From: Candidatus Enterocola sp.
GTDB taxonomy: Bacteria; Bacteroidota; Bacteroidia; Bacteroidales; Paludibacteraceae
Assembly (NCBI GenBank): GCA_045616965.1
Contig: JAZLHT010000070.1
Location: 1 to 52,633, forward strand
Direction of reading: 5' to 3'
DNA length: 52,633 nucleotides
Each line of letters opens with the position of its first letter. Position 1 is the first letter of the stretch. The notes beneath the pieces were generated by a model. It was not told the origin of the DNA and ran no database searches. It saw only the letters and a program-made list of their open reading frames with translations. The position numbers were made by a program, and so were the translations under genes. This document shows, piece by piece, positions 27,253 to 37,061 of the stretch.

Positions 27253-27288
27253 GTTTAATCGGTGAATCGATTAAACAGTTCACCGATT
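27253..27288 (-). promoter_or_regulatory. Two mutually exclusive hairpins in the spacer between the reductase genes (function unknown)
   Basis: gtttaatcg (27253-27261) pairs with cgattaaac (27268-27276). Alternatively aatcggtgaa (27257-27266) pairs with ttcaccgatt (27279-27288). No U-run follows on the transcribed strand. Confidence 0.3.
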
Positions 27289-27293
27289 TTCCA

Positions 27294-28067
27294 TTAGTAT
27301 ATAAATGGAAAAACTCTCTTTAGTCTTTTTTCATCAAATTCATCGGCGAATTCAACCTTGTATTTTTCATAGATGGCATTAGCCCTTGGTACTAAATTGG
27401 CACATGTCCACCAAAGGAATATAAGACCTGCCCAAGACCATGTAAGTATTGCCCAACCAAGCCATTCCAAAATTTCCCCAAAATAGTTTGCGGAGCATAC
27501 ATACTTATACATACCATTTTTGGGAAGATAATGCTTGGTATCGCCAGGCTTACGTAAATTTCTAATTACTCTGTCTGAGTCCCAGTTTATACATATTCCA
27601 ATAGTAAATATGCAGATGCCTATTATAAATTGCGGTGAGGTAAGCCAATCAACTGTGTATAAATCGTCGGGTGCAAGATAGAAAATCCAATATCCCTGTA
27701 TATATCCGTTCATAATGTTAAATACAACACCCATCAGCATAATGGCTATAGGCATCTTGCTTTTACCTTTAAGAAGTAGTGGAAATACAAATGAGCGTTG
27801 GAAATAGTGAAGTTCAAAAATAAGCAGCATTACAAGTGGTGTAACCTCAAACGTGCGGCATGAGTTAAACCACAAATAAAGCATAATAAAAAATACGGGG
27901 CATTCCATAACAATCCATGCAGCCTTGTTATTGATGGCAGGTCCCCATTTTTCACTAATCATTTTGCCGTATCCAGCCTCCACAAAATAGAGACATACAA
28001 ATACAACAAATCCAATTATGCTCACAATAAAGAGCAAAAAATTAAAACTTTCTAAAGAGAGTTGCAT
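27294..28067 (-). CDS. 3-oxo-5-alpha-steroid 4-dehydrogenase (steroid 5-alpha-reductase, SRD5A-like) family membrane protein
   Basis: Polytopic membrane protein. The C-terminal LPKNGMYKYVCSANYFGEILEWLGWAILTWS...ANLVPRA motif is typical of the SRD5A family. Confidence 0.8.
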   Translation of the reverse strand: MQLSLESFNFLLFIVSIIGFVVFVCLYFVEAGYGKMISEKWGPAINNKAAWIVMECPVFFIMLYLWFNSCRTFEVTPLVMLLIFELHYFQRSFVFPLLLKGKSKMPIAIMLMGVVFNIMNGYIQGYWIFYLAPDDLYTVDWLTSPQFIIGICIFTIGICINWDSDRVIRNLRKPGDTKHYLPKNGMYKYVCSANYFGEILEWLGWAILTWSWAGLIFLWWTCANLVPRANAIYEKYKVEFADEFDEKRLKRVFPFIY

Positions 28068-28088
28068 ATTTTCAAGTATTTTAAGTTA

Positions 28089-29045
28089 TCAAAATTCCCA
28101 AGCCACATTATCAACCCACAAAGTATTTCCTAATGTGCCTATAAACGCCCCCTGATTACCAGCCGTCAGCATTACAATTACGTGTGTGGGGGTGTCCGTC
28201 TCTTTTCCCCAGCCGTCTTCAATAATAGGCACCATCTTTCCTTTGCTATTCATAGTCCTGTAAGGTCCGTTCAATGCCATATAATCCTTATAATAAGGAG
28301 TTTTGGTAATATCTCCGTAATGTATTTCAACCCGATGTCCGTTTTGCCACTCAGGAACATCGTGGTCTAATTGTTCGCGTCCTGTACCTATGCGAAGAGC
28401 ATGGATATTACCGTCTTCATCTTCCCAACGTTTTTGCAAATAGACCCAAAATTCCGCCTTATCCTGAATACCCTCTATGATCTTATGTCCTACTCCCGGC
28501 CACTTCTCCACATAATTGTTTCGTGAAATCTTACATTTATAGTCAAGTACAAGTGCTTTAGGCTTACGGGTAAATGGAACTCCAAAATCAAGATTGCAGT
28601 AAGGGTCGTTGGCACTTTTTATAGGCTCAATAGTCTGCCCTGTATAGATGCTTCCGGTTACGAGCACATGAATACTTATCATCCCCAAAACCTTTACTCC
28701 GTCAAATTTTGTATCCAAACGGCAACAAGTACCGCCGTTCTCCCTTTTTTCAGGCTTTACAGAGTTACTTGCCTTTACAATACCGGCCACTTTGGCGTAA
28801 ATGTTTGATGATGTCCAAGGTGTGTTGGCTCTATAATTGTAGGGTGCAAGCTGCTCTTTTGTAAAATGGGCTTTAGGACCAATGACATAGATGGTTTTTA
28901 TATTTCCTCCTATTAACCCTGATTCTTTAACCTCTCTTGTAGCCCAACTCTCAAAATCCCCGTACCTGATAGGTTCCATTTTGGCTGTTACGCACATTGA
29001 TGAAATGAGCATAATTAGTGGAAGCAAGAACCTTTTACACATCAC
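28089..29045 (-). CDS. Secreted protein, possibly PCMD-like (putative carbohydrate-metabolism domain)
   Basis: Signal peptide is present. FGVPFTRKPKALVLDYKCK and the terminal LWVDNVAWEF resemble my memory of PCMD-domain proteins. The family call is tentative. Confidence 0.4.
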   Translation of the reverse strand: MMCKRFLLPLIMLISSMCVTAKMEPIRYGDFESWATREVKESGLIGGNIKTIYVIGPKAHFTKEQLAPYNYRANTPWTSSNIYAKVAGIVKASNSVKPEKRENGGTCCRLDTKFDGVKVLGMISIHVLVTGSIYTGQTIEPIKSANDPYCNLDFGVPFTRKPKALVLDYKCKISRNNYVEKWPGVGHKIIEGIQDKAEFWVYLQKRWEDEDGNIHALRIGTGREQLDHDVPEWQNGHRVEIHYGDITKTPYYKDYMALNGPYRTMNSKGKMVPIIEDGWGKETDTPTHVIVMLTAGNQGAFIGTLGNTLWVDNVAWEF

Positions 29046-29073
29046 AATAATAATTATTGTTAAAAAACGGGTA

Positions 29074-29081
29074 CAAAGGTA
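29074..29081 (-). promoter_or_regulatory. -7 promoter box (TACCTTTG on the minus strand) for the 28089-29045 operon
   Basis: The + strand reads caaaggta, 29 nt upstream of the ATG at 29045. Confidence 0.45.
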
Positions 29082-29119
29082 TGAAAAAGTTTTAACTTTT
29101 TACTAACTTTGCCCCAAAT

Positions 29120-29704
29120 ATGCAAAAGTTTAACATTTCAACTAACGTTAATATGATAAACAAACAGATTTCAGAAATAGCCCAAAGGCTGCGCGGATTA
29201 CGGGAATCACTTGACTATTCTGCCGATGAAATGGCAAAAAAAACAGAAATCAGCACTGACTTGTATTTAAAATATGAGAGTGGTGATGTGGATATTCCTA
29301 TGAATTATCTTTGCGTAGTGGCACATATCTTTAATATGGATACCGCGGTTCTAATCAACGGTGATGAAACACATGCACAAACATTTTTTGTTACAAGAAA
29401 AGGCGGGGGCGTCACAGTAGAGCGTACTAAGGCGTACAAATACAGGAATCTGGCAGGTGGTTTCCGTAATGCAAAGGCAACTCCGTTCCTTGTATCAGTG
29501 GAGCCTAAGGATGGAGAAATAACCCTGAATTCACACCCAGGGCAGGAGTTTAACTTGGTGGAATCAGGCAGAATGATGCTTAGCATAGACGGTAAGGATA
29601 TTGTATTGGAAGAGGGTGACAGCGTATATTTTGACGCCACAAAACCTCATGGAATGAAAGCGTTGGACGGTAAGAAAGCACATTTTCTTGCCATAATACT
29701 GTAG
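29120..29704 (+). CDS. XRE-family HTH transcriptional regulator with a C-terminal cupin domain
   Basis: HTH_3-like IAQRLRGLRESLDYSADEMAKKTEISTDLYLKYESG. Cupin-like GQEFNLVESGRMMLSIDGKDIVLEEGDSVYFDATKPHG. The likely true start is ATG 29153 (MINKQ), because a TAACTTTG box lies at about 29104-29111. Confidence 0.8.
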   Translation: MQKFNISTNVNMINKQISEIAQRLRGLRESLDYSADEMAKKTEISTDLYLKYESGDVDIPMNYLCVVAHIFNMDTAVLINGDETHAQTFFVTRKGGGVTVERTKAYKYRNLAGGFRNAKATPFLVSVEPKDGEITLNSHPGQEFNLVESGRMMLSIDGKDIVLEEGDSVYFDATKPHGMKALDGKKAHFLAIIL

Positions 29705-29707
29705 AAG

Positions 29708-31366
29708 ATGTTAGAAAGATTTGTATCACAGACAGAGTTCACCTCTCAAGAGGACTTTGAAAAGAATTTCAGGATAAAGGTTCCTGAAAACTTTAATTTT
29801 GCATACGATGTGTTGGACGCATGGGCGGCTGAGGCACCTGATAAGGTAGCGTTGTGTTGGACTAACGATAAGGGAGAGCATATAGATTTCACTTACAAAA
29901 TGCTGAAAGATAAGACAGACAGCACCGCATCTTATTTTCAATCGCTTGGAATAGGTAAGGGAGACAAGGTTCTGCTTATCCTGAAACGTCGTTATGAGTT
30001 TTGGTTCTCAATACTTGCCCTGCACAAGATAGGGGCTGTTGTTATTCCTGCAACGCACCTGCTTACAGGTAAGGACATTGTCTATCGTTGTCATGAGGCA
30101 GACATTAAGGCAGTAGTGTGTGTAGGGGAGCAGGTTGTACTTGACCACGTAATTGATGCCAAGCCAGACTGCCCTACATTGAAGCATACAATATCTGTAG
30201 GGGCTATAGTACCTGATGGTTTTGATGATTTTACAGAAGGCATAAAAAAGGCAAAGAAGTTTTTAAAACCGGACAAGGTTAATGAGAACTCTGATGTAAT
30301 GCTTATGTTTTTTACATCGGGTACAACAGGAGAACCTAAGATGGTGGCACATGATTTTCTTTATCCGCTTGGGCATATTGTTACAGGTTGTTATTGGCAT
30401 AATCTAAATGAGAATAGCTTGCACCTCACTGTAGCGGATACAGGTTGGGGCAAGGCGGTATGGGGTAAGTTATACGGACAGATGATAGCAGGAGCCACCA
30501 TTTTTATTTATGACCATGAGAAGTTCACTCCGTCAGATATGCTGAAGATGATTCAGGATTATAGAATCACATCATTCTGTGCACCTCCCACTATTTTCCG
30601 TTTTATGATTCAGGAGGATTTGCGTAAGTATGACTTATCATCGCTGAAATGGGGTTGTATAGCTGGTGAGGCACTGAATCCAAGCGTATATGAGGATTTT
30701 TATAAACTTACAGGTGTCAAGTTGAGAGAGGGATTTGGTCAGACAGAGACTACATGTACAGTTCTTACAACTCCTTGGATGGAGCCAAAACCAGGGTCTA
30801 TGGGTCGTCCGAATCCAGGTTACGATGTGGATATTATAAAGGACGACGGAACATCGGCAGAGGTTGGTGAGCGAGGAGAGATAGTGATACGTGCAAATAG
30901 AGATGAAAAGCCATGCGGCCTGTTTACAGGTTATCTGAAAGATGAGAAAAAGACAGAAGCTGCTTGGAATAACGGGCTGTATCATACCGGCGATGAGGCT
31001 TGGCGTGATGAAGATGGTTATTTTTGGTTTGTAGGCAGAAACGATGATGTAATAAAGTCATCGGGTTACCGTATAGGACCTTTTGAAGTGGAGAGTGCTC
31101 TTGTATCGCACCCTGCAGTAGTTGAATGTGCAATCACCGCAGTTCCTGACCTTATAAGGGGGCAGGTGGTAAAAGCCACAGTGGTGCTTGCAGATGATTA
31201 TAAGGAAAAGGCGGGCGAAGCTCTTATCAAGGAACTTCAGGATTATGTAAAAAAGGTTACCGCACCATATAAATATCCACGTGTGATGGAGTTTGTAGAT
31301 GAACTTCCAAAAACAATTAGCGGTAAAATAAAACGTGTGGAGATAAGAAATAAAGAGAACAAATAA
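29708..31366 (+). CDS. AMP-binding acyl-CoA synthetase (medium-chain/ACSM-like)
   Basis: [16 protein letters not shown]-binding motif, [13 protein letters not shown] and the C-terminal [10 protein letters not shown]. Confidence 0.85.
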   Translation: MLERFVSQTEFTSQEDFEKNFRIKVPENFNFAYDVLDAWAAEAPDKVALCWTNDKGEHIDFTYKMLKDKTDSTASYFQSLGIGKGDKVLLILKRRYEFWFSILALHKIGAVVIPATHLLTGKDIVYRCHEADIKAVVCVGEQVVLDHVIDAKPDCPTLKHTISVGAIVPDGFDDFTEGIKKAKKFLKPDKVNENSDVMLMFFTSGTTGEPKMVAHDFLYPLGHIVTGCYWHNLNENSLHLTVADTGWGKAVWGKLYGQMIAGATIFIYDHEKFTPSDMLKMIQDYRITSFCAPPTIFRFMIQEDLRKYDLSSLKWGCIAGEALNPSVYEDFYKLTGVKLREGFGQTETTCTVLTTPWMEPKPGSMGRPNPGYDVDIIKDDGTSAEVGERGEIVIRANRDEKPCGLFTGYLKDEKKTEAAWNNGLYHTGDEAWRDEDGYFWFVGRNDDVIKSSGYRIGPFEVESALVSHPAVVECAITAVPDLIRGQVVKATVVLADDYKEKAGEALIKELQDYVKKVTAPYKYPRVMEFVDELPKTISGKIKRVEIRNKENK

Positions 31367-32457
31367 TGTATCGTTTTAAGCGTATAGCAGTTAAGATAGG
31401 TAGCAATGTGCTGACACACAGTGATGGCACACTTGATACTGATCGTATGTCAGAATTGGTCAATCAAATGGCACTCCTGCACTCTAATGGGGTAGAAATA
31501 GTGCTCATTTCATCGGGAGCTGTGGCATCAGGGCGAAGTACATTAAAACTTGAAAAAGAACCGGACCCAGTATCGGCACGTCAGATTTTTTCTGCAATAG
31601 GACAGGCAAGGCTTATAAACATATACTATGAGCTGTTTGCAAAACATAATATATGCTGTGGACAGGTATTAACCACCAAGGAGTCTCTATCTACACGTAG
31701 CCATTATCTTAATCAGAAGAATTGCATTACAGGTCTTTTGCAAAATAGAGTCATTCCTATCCTTAATGAGAACGACACAATATCTCTTACAGAACTTATG
31801 TTTACAGATAATGATGAACTAAGCGGATTGGTAGCCACGATGATGGATGTGGAGGCGTTGATAATCCTTAGCAATATAGATGGTATTTATACAGGGAATC
31901 CGTGCGAACCTACTTCTGCCGTTATTAAGGAAGTTGCAGAGGGACAGAGTATTACAAAGTACATTCAAACTTCCAAATCTTCATTCGGACGTGGCGGAAT
32001 GCTTACTAAAACAAACATTGCACGTAAGGTTGCGGCAGAGGGCATTACAGTAATAATTGCAAACGGTAAAAAGGAGAACATTCTGCCTGATTTGCTTGAT
32101 AAGGAGTCAAAGACGGTATGCACCACTTTCCTTCCAAGCAAGCGTGAGGTGTCAAGCATAAAGAAGTGGATTGCCCATAGTGACGGATTTTCAAAAGGCT
32201 CAATAACCATAAATGAGAATGCCTGCAAGGCGTTACTCTCAGATAAGGCATCATCCATTCTTTTTGTAGGTATCACAAAAGTTGACGGTGAGTTTATGAA
32301 GGGAGATATTATTAAGATAAAGAATGACAGCGGAAATGTTATTGCAGTTGGTAAAGCACAATATGATAATGAAAAAATGACCCAATCCATCGGTAAAAAA
32401 GGGTTGCGTCCCGCAGTTCTTTATGACTATCTTTGGATAATGAGGGGACAAGGATAA
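31366..32457 (+). CDS. proB: Glutamate 5-kinase with PUA domain
   Basis: RIAVKIGSNVLT N-terminus, an amino-acid kinase fold and a C-terminal PUA-like region. It overlaps the upstream stop by 1 nt (TAATG). Confidence 0.9.
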   Translation: MYRFKRIAVKIGSNVLTHSDGTLDTDRMSELVNQMALLHSNGVEIVLISSGAVASGRSTLKLEKEPDPVSARQIFSAIGQARLINIYYELFAKHNICCGQVLTTKESLSTRSHYLNQKNCITGLLQNRVIPILNENDTISLTELMFTDNDELSGLVATMMDVEALIILSNIDGIYTGNPCEPTSAVIKEVAEGQSITKYIQTSKSSFGRGGMLTKTNIARKVAAEGITVIIANGKKENILPDLLDKESKTVCTTFLPSKREVSSIKKWIAHSDGFSKGSITINENACKALLSDKASSILFVGITKVDGEFMKGDIIKIKNDSGNVIAVGKAQYDNEKMTQSIGKKGLRPAVLYDYLWIMRGQG

Positions 32458-32487
32458 AGGGACAAGGAACAATAAAAATGAATTAAT

Positions 32488-33726
32488 ATGAATTGGAAAG
32501 AACAAGCTTTGGAGGCTTCAAGAAAGCTGAATTTGGTATCGGGTAATATAATAGACAGTGTATTGCTTGATGTGGCGGACGCCGCAGAGGCTTCAACTTC
32601 AGAATTACTTGCTGCAAATCAGAAGGATTTGGATAAGATGGACAAGAGCAATCCTCTCTATGACCGTCTTCAACTTACAGAGAAAAGAATTTCTGATATA
32701 GCCGCAGATATGCGTAAAGTGGCTTCACTTGAATCTCCGCTTGATAAAATCATAGAGGAACGCACATTGTCTAACGGACTTCACCTTACTAAGCGTTCAG
32801 TTCCGTTTGGTGTGATTGGTATAATTTATGAGGCACGCCCTAATGTCAGTTTTGACGTTTTCTCACTTTGCCTTAAAAGTGGCAACGTCTGCGTATTAAA
32901 AGGAGGCACAGATGCTTACAATTCCAATTCTGCCATTGTATCGCTGATTAAAGGAGTTCTGAAAAAACATAATCTTGATGAGAATACAGTACACCTTATG
33001 CCTGCAGGAAGAGAGGCCACAGCGGAACTTATGGATGCCGTAGGTTTTGTTGATTTAATTATACCAAGGGGTGGTGCCGGACTCATTAAATTTGTAAGAG
33101 AGAATGCAAAAGTTCCGGTAATAGAGACAGGAGCAGGTGTAGTTCATGCCTATTTTGATGCAGATGCAGATTTGCAGAAGGGAATAGCCATAATTGCCAA
33201 TGCAAAAACCCGTAGAGTGAGCGTATGCAACGCTTTGGATACGCTTATAATAAACGCCAAGCGTCTGCAAGACCTGCCTGCAATCTGCAAACCTCTTGCA
33301 GAGAAGAATGTTGTTATAGAGGCAGATTCCAAATCGTTCACATTCCTTGCAGGTAAATATCCTGACAATCTGCTTGAAAAAGCAACAGACAGCACTTTTG
33401 GCAAGGAGTTTATGGATTATCGTATGGGTTTGAAGACCGTAGATTCCTTAGATGGTGCGTTAAAACATATAGCACAATTCAGTTCAAAACACAGTGAGTG
33501 TATAGTTACAGAAAATGCTGAGGCTGCAGCCAGGTTTCAAAAAGAGGTGGATGCGGCTTGTGTCTATGTAAACGCTCCTACAAGTTTTACGGACGGAGCC
33601 CAATTTGGTATGGGAGCGGAGATAGGAATAAGCACACAGAAACTTCATGCCCGCGGACCTATGGCACTACCTGAACTTACCACATACAAATGGCTTATTA
33701 AAGGTAACGGGCAGGTTAGGGGATAA
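32488..33726 (+). CDS. proA: Gamma-glutamyl phosphate reductase
   Basis: Aldehyde dehydrogenase-like protein with [16 protein letters not shown] and [11 protein letters not shown]. It is adjacent to proB. Confidence 0.9.
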   Translation: MNWKEQALEASRKLNLVSGNIIDSVLLDVADAAEASTSELLAANQKDLDKMDKSNPLYDRLQLTEKRISDIAADMRKVASLESPLDKIIEERTLSNGLHLTKRSVPFGVIGIIYEARPNVSFDVFSLCLKSGNVCVLKGGTDAYNSNSAIVSLIKGVLKKHNLDENTVHLMPAGREATAELMDAVGFVDLIIPRGGAGLIKFVRENAKVPVIETGAGVVHAYFDADADLQKGIAIIANAKTRRVSVCNALDTLIINAKRLQDLPAICKPLAEKNVVIEADSKSFTFLAGKYPDNLLEKATDSTFGKEFMDYRMGLKTVDSLDGALKHIAQFSSKHSECIVTENAEAAARFQKEVDAACVYVNAPTSFTDGAQFGMGAEIGISTQKLHARGPMALPELTTYKWLIKGNGQVRG

Positions 33727-33746
33727 TACTAAAAACTATCGGTCAA

Positions 33747-35837
33747 ATGGAGCAATTAAGCAGTTTATTCAGTTTGCCGTTAACAGACCCTGTACTTATT
33801 TTTGCAGTGGTACTGCTCCTCATTCTGCTTACACCTCTGATATTTGACCGCCTTCATATTCCACACATTGTAGGTCTTATCGTAGCAGGTATAATATTTG
33901 GTCCTAACGGATTAGGTTTGCTTGATAACGACAGCAGTTTCCGCCTGTTCGGGCAGATGGGCATACTCTACATAATGTTTATAGCCGGCGTGGATATGGA
34001 CATGAACGACTTTAACCATAACCGTAACAAGAGTATAGTGTTTGGGTTATATACATTCCTTATACCTATGATATTAGGAATTATCACAGGTCTGTTTCTT
34101 CTAAACTTTTCCGTACCTTCATCCGTAGTGCTTGCAAGCATGTTTGCATCAAACACCCTGTTAGCCTATCCTATTGTAACCCGATATGGTGTCAGCGATA
34201 ACCGTTCTGTTCCCATAACCGTAGGTGGCACAATGGTTTCAATGTTGCTCTCTCTTCTTACGTTGGCAGTGATGTTGCAAGTGGTTAATGGGGACATTTC
34301 ATATTTCTTTTGGCTGAAATTTATAGCCTCGCTCACTGTTTACGGGCTAATAGTAATGTTTGTATTTCCAGCCATTACCCGATGGTTTTTCAAGCACTAC
34401 GCCGATAATATATTGCAATATATATTTGTTTTGGCTATTGTGTTGCTCTCATCATTCCTTGCAAAGGTGGCAGGTTTGGAATATATTATTGGTGCGTTCC
34501 TTGCAGGCATATCGTTGAATCGTCTGATACCAAAGCGTTCATCACTTATGAATAGAATAAATTTTGTAGGTAACGCCATCTTTATTCCGTTCTTCCTGAT
34601 AAGCGTTGGAATGATAGTAAACCTAAGATTGATATTCAGTGGTTACACTGCCATATTTATAGCTTTGGTTATGACTGTGATGGCAACTCTATCCAAGTAT
34701 TTGGCGGCACAAGCCACCAGATTAACCTACAGAATGGACAGAGCGGAGGGAGAGATGATGTTTGGTCTTAGTAATGCAAAAGCGGCATACTCTCTTGCCG
34801 CCGTAGTGTTGGCATATAATACGGTAATAGGATTTACAGAATCGGGTAGCCCCATAAGATTACTTACAGAGGATGTACTGAACGGAACAGTGATAATGAT
34901 TCTCTTTACGTGCATAATAAGCTCTGTGGTAACAGAAAGTGCGTCCAGAAAAATAGCCGTATCGGGAATCTCAAATGCTGATAAAAGAACAGCTTATAGA
35001 CCGGAGAGGCGAATCCTTATTCCTGTTTCAAACCCTGAATCACTTGAAAATCTGATGGATTTGGCGGTGATGCTAAACGATAGCAAATACAAACAGCCAA
35101 TGTATGCCTTAAATGTGGTGGATTACAATAACGTGGACGACAAATCATCTGCAGATAGTGATAAAATGCTTGAAAAGGCAGCCTACATTGGGGCGGCATC
35201 TGATAATAAGGTCAAGAAAATAAAACGCTATGACCTTAATGTGGCAAGTGGTATAACCAATGTGGTTAAAGAGAAAAACATATCAGAGATTGTAATGGGT
35301 GTAGGTTCTAAAACTACACTTGCGGATACATTTTTCGGTACACTTGCAGACAAGGTATTGGATGGGGTGAACCGTATGATTTACATTATGTCATCTTCCC
35401 AACCTCTGGGTACGGTTCATAAAGTAATAGTTGTCGTGCCAAACAGAGCGGAAAAGGAGAGCGGATTTGCACAATGGTGTCATAGCGTTGCAACTATAGC
35501 GTCACAATCGGGAGCTGGATTGGAAGTCCGTTGTTCAAAAGAGGCATACGATGCTGTTAAAAGGAATTTCCGTAAAAACAAGGGTAATATCAACCCCGAT
35601 TTTATTGAGTCACTTGAGTTCTCCGTACAAGATGCCGTACAGTCAGTTGGAGAAAACGATTTGCTTATAGCGGTGCTTGCCCGCAGACATAGTTTGTCAT
35701 ATACCCCTGCTCTTGAGGGCGTATTGCCTTATTTGCTTGATAATCTTAAAAATAAAAATTTTATTGTGTTGTTCCCAGAGCAGTTTAAAGAGGGTGAGAT
35801 AGACAGAATACAAAATACTAGCACAAAAATTATATAG
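33747..35837 (+). CDS. Cation:proton antiporter (CPA2/Kef-type) with a C-terminal cytoplasmic USP-like regulatory region
   Basis: About 400-aa polytopic N-domain with a typical Na_H_exchanger N-terminus (LLLILLTPLIFDRLHIPHIVGLIVAGIIFGP), followed by a soluble 280-aa tail. Confidence 0.8.
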   Translation: MEQLSSLFSLPLTDPVLIFAVVLLLILLTPLIFDRLHIPHIVGLIVAGIIFGPNGLGLLDNDSSFRLFGQMGILYIMFIAGVDMDMNDFNHNRNKSIVFGLYTFLIPMILGIITGLFLLNFSVPSSVVLASMFASNTLLAYPIVTRYGVSDNRSVPITVGGTMVSMLLSLLTLAVMLQVVNGDISYFFWLKFIASLTVYGLIVMFVFPAITRWFFKHYADNILQYIFVLAIVLLSSFLAKVAGLEYIIGAFLAGISLNRLIPKRSSLMNRINFVGNAIFIPFFLISVGMIVNLRLIFSGYTAIFIALVMTVMATLSKYLAAQATRLTYRMDRAEGEMMFGLSNAKAAYSLAAVVLAYNTVIGFTESGSPIRLLTEDVLNGTVIMILFTCIISSVVTESASRKIAVSGISNADKRTAYRPERRILIPVSNPESLENLMDLAVMLNDSKYKQPMYALNVVDYNNVDDKSSADSDKMLEKAAYIGAASDNKVKKIKRYDLNVASGITNVVKEKNISEIVMGVGSKTTLADTFFGTLADKVLDGVNRMIYIMSSSQPLGTVHKVIVVVPNRAEKESGFAQWCHSVATIASQSGAGLEVRCSKEAYDAVKRNFRKNKGNINPDFIESLEFSVQDAVQSVGENDLLIAVLARRHSLSYTPALEGVLPYLLDNLKNKNFIVLFPEQFKEGEIDRIQNTSTKII

Positions 35838-35854
35838 TGTGTTATTTTTTTCAT

Positions 35855-35862
35855 TACCTTTG
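35855..35862 (+). promoter_or_regulatory. -7 promoter box TACCTTTG
   Basis: Exact TAnnTTTG match 30 nt before the ATG at 35892. Confidence 0.45.
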
Positions 35863-35891
35863 CATTGTTTATATCTAAAATATTTTAAAGT

Positions 35892-36482
35892 ATGAAAATC
35901 AAGTTTTTATCACTTGCCGTGTGCACTATGTTTGCATTGGCATTGACAGGTTGTAAATCAAGTTCATCAACAACCACATCATCTAGTTCTTCAAGTTCAT
36001 CAAACATCGCAGGTACAGTTGCTTCCATGCTTGGGGTGATTGCGTCACCATCATCTTCATCAGCAGCCGCACAGTCTGGATCTACGGCCGGGTCATCAAT
36101 TCTTAACATTTACAAAAACTACAAGGCTGATGGCAAACTTGATATGAAGAATGTTAACAATATACTGAACATCGCATCGCTTGCTACAAGCGTAGCCACC
36201 ATTAAGGACAACTACAAAGATAAATCATTCTACAAGGATTTTGCCTTGGGTATGGTTTCAAGTTCTACAGGATTGGTTACAAACTCAAACGTAGATAATA
36301 CAATATCTGCACTAACAAACATTGATTTTAGTTCACTTACTTCCGCTGCTAAATCAGCTGCTTCTTCCGCAGCCACATCAGCTATTTCATCTGCTATTAG
36401 CAGCAGTTCTTCTGCGTCATCAGAAACAACTGCAGCCGCAGTTTCAGCACTATCTTCATTGATTGGCACTTTGGGCAAATAG
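35892..36482 (+). CDS. Ser/Ala-rich lipoprotein, function unknown
   Basis: Lipobox LTGC is followed by a poly-Ser/Thr linker. The C-terminus is also Ser/Ala-rich. Confidence 0.55.
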   Translation: MKIKFLSLAVCTMFALALTGCKSSSSTTTSSSSSSSSNIAGTVASMLGVIASPSSSSAAAQSGSTAGSSILNIYKNYKADGKLDMKNVNNILNIASLATSVATIKDNYKDKSFYKDFALGMVSSSTGLVTNSNVDNTISALTNIDFSSLTSAAKSAASSAATSAISSAISSSSSASSETTAAAVSALSSLIGTLGK

Positions 36483-36543
36483 TTAAGTTAATTGAAATGT
36501 ATAAAAAAGTAGGACAACTTTTGGTTGTTCTACTTTTTTTGTA

Positions 36544-36551
36544 TAAATTTG
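36544..36551 (+). promoter_or_regulatory. -7 promoter box TAAATTTG for argR
   Basis: Exact TAnnTTTG match 37 nt before the ATG at 36588. Confidence 0.45.
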
Positions 36552-36571
36552 CAAAAAAATTGCAGAAAAAC

Positions 36572-36585
36572 CGAATATTTATTCA
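36572..36585 (+). promoter_or_regulatory. ARG-box-like operator (cGAATATTTATTCA versus core TGAATwwwwATTCA)
   Basis: One mismatch to the palindromic ARG box core. It lies between the -7 box and the argR start codon. Confidence 0.45.
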
Positions 36586-36587
36586 TT

Positions 36588-37049
36588 ATGAAGAATAAGA
36601 CAGACAGAATCAAATTTATTAGGCAGGTCTGCCTTGAAAACAATATATCAAGTCAGGAGGATTTGTTATCAATATTAAAAGATAACGGATTCAGTCTTAC
36701 GCAGGCTACTTTGTCAAGAGACCTCAAACGTCTCAAAATTTCCAAGACACTGACACCGCAAGGATTGTACAGATACGTGGTTCCATTAAGCACGTTCCCT
36801 ATTTCGCACACACCTGAGGTTAAGAAAATAAGTGTTGGATCATTGGAGTTTTCCGGACATCTGGCTGTTATTAAGACCAAGTCTGGTTACGCCGGGGGAA
36901 TTGCATCAGAGATAGACAATAATGAGAATAATGCGATTTTAGGCACCGTTGCGGGTGATGATACCATAATAATAGTTCCACGTGAAGGTTTTTCAAGAGA
37001 GGAGATAGTTAAGGCTCTTACAAAAATATTAGAAGAAAGCGGGCATTAG
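36588..37049 (+). CDS. argR: Arginine repressor
   Basis: MKNKTDRIKFIRQVCLENNISSQEDLLSILKDNGFSLTQATLSRDLKRL... is a typical ArgR wHTH, and the C-terminal GTVAGDDTIIIV is the oligomerisation motif. The ORF-track start at 36525 runs through the promoter. Confidence 0.85.
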   Translation: MKNKTDRIKFIRQVCLENNISSQEDLLSILKDNGFSLTQATLSRDLKRLKISKTLTPQGLYRYVVPLSTFPISHTPEVKKISVGSLEFSGHLAVIKTKSGYAGGIASEIDNNENNAILGTVAGDDTIIIVPREGFSREEIVKALTKILEESGH

Positions 37050-37061
37050 TCCATTACAGAA

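Noticed and set aside
32446-32487. Purine-rich ggggacaaggataaagggacaaggaac motif, with similar aagggaac strings at 39196-39206 and 45354-45361, considered as a dispersed repeat family
   Set aside because: The matches are short and degenerate. They sit in A/G-rich leaders just upstream of start codons, which fits ordinary Bacteroidetes translation-initiation regions better than a mobile repeat.
35885-36478. 74-aa and 82-aa ORFs antisense to the Ser/Ala-rich lipoprotein gene
   Set aside because: They are generated by low-complexity Ser/Ala codon repeats. The + strand product has a proper lipobox and a promoter box.
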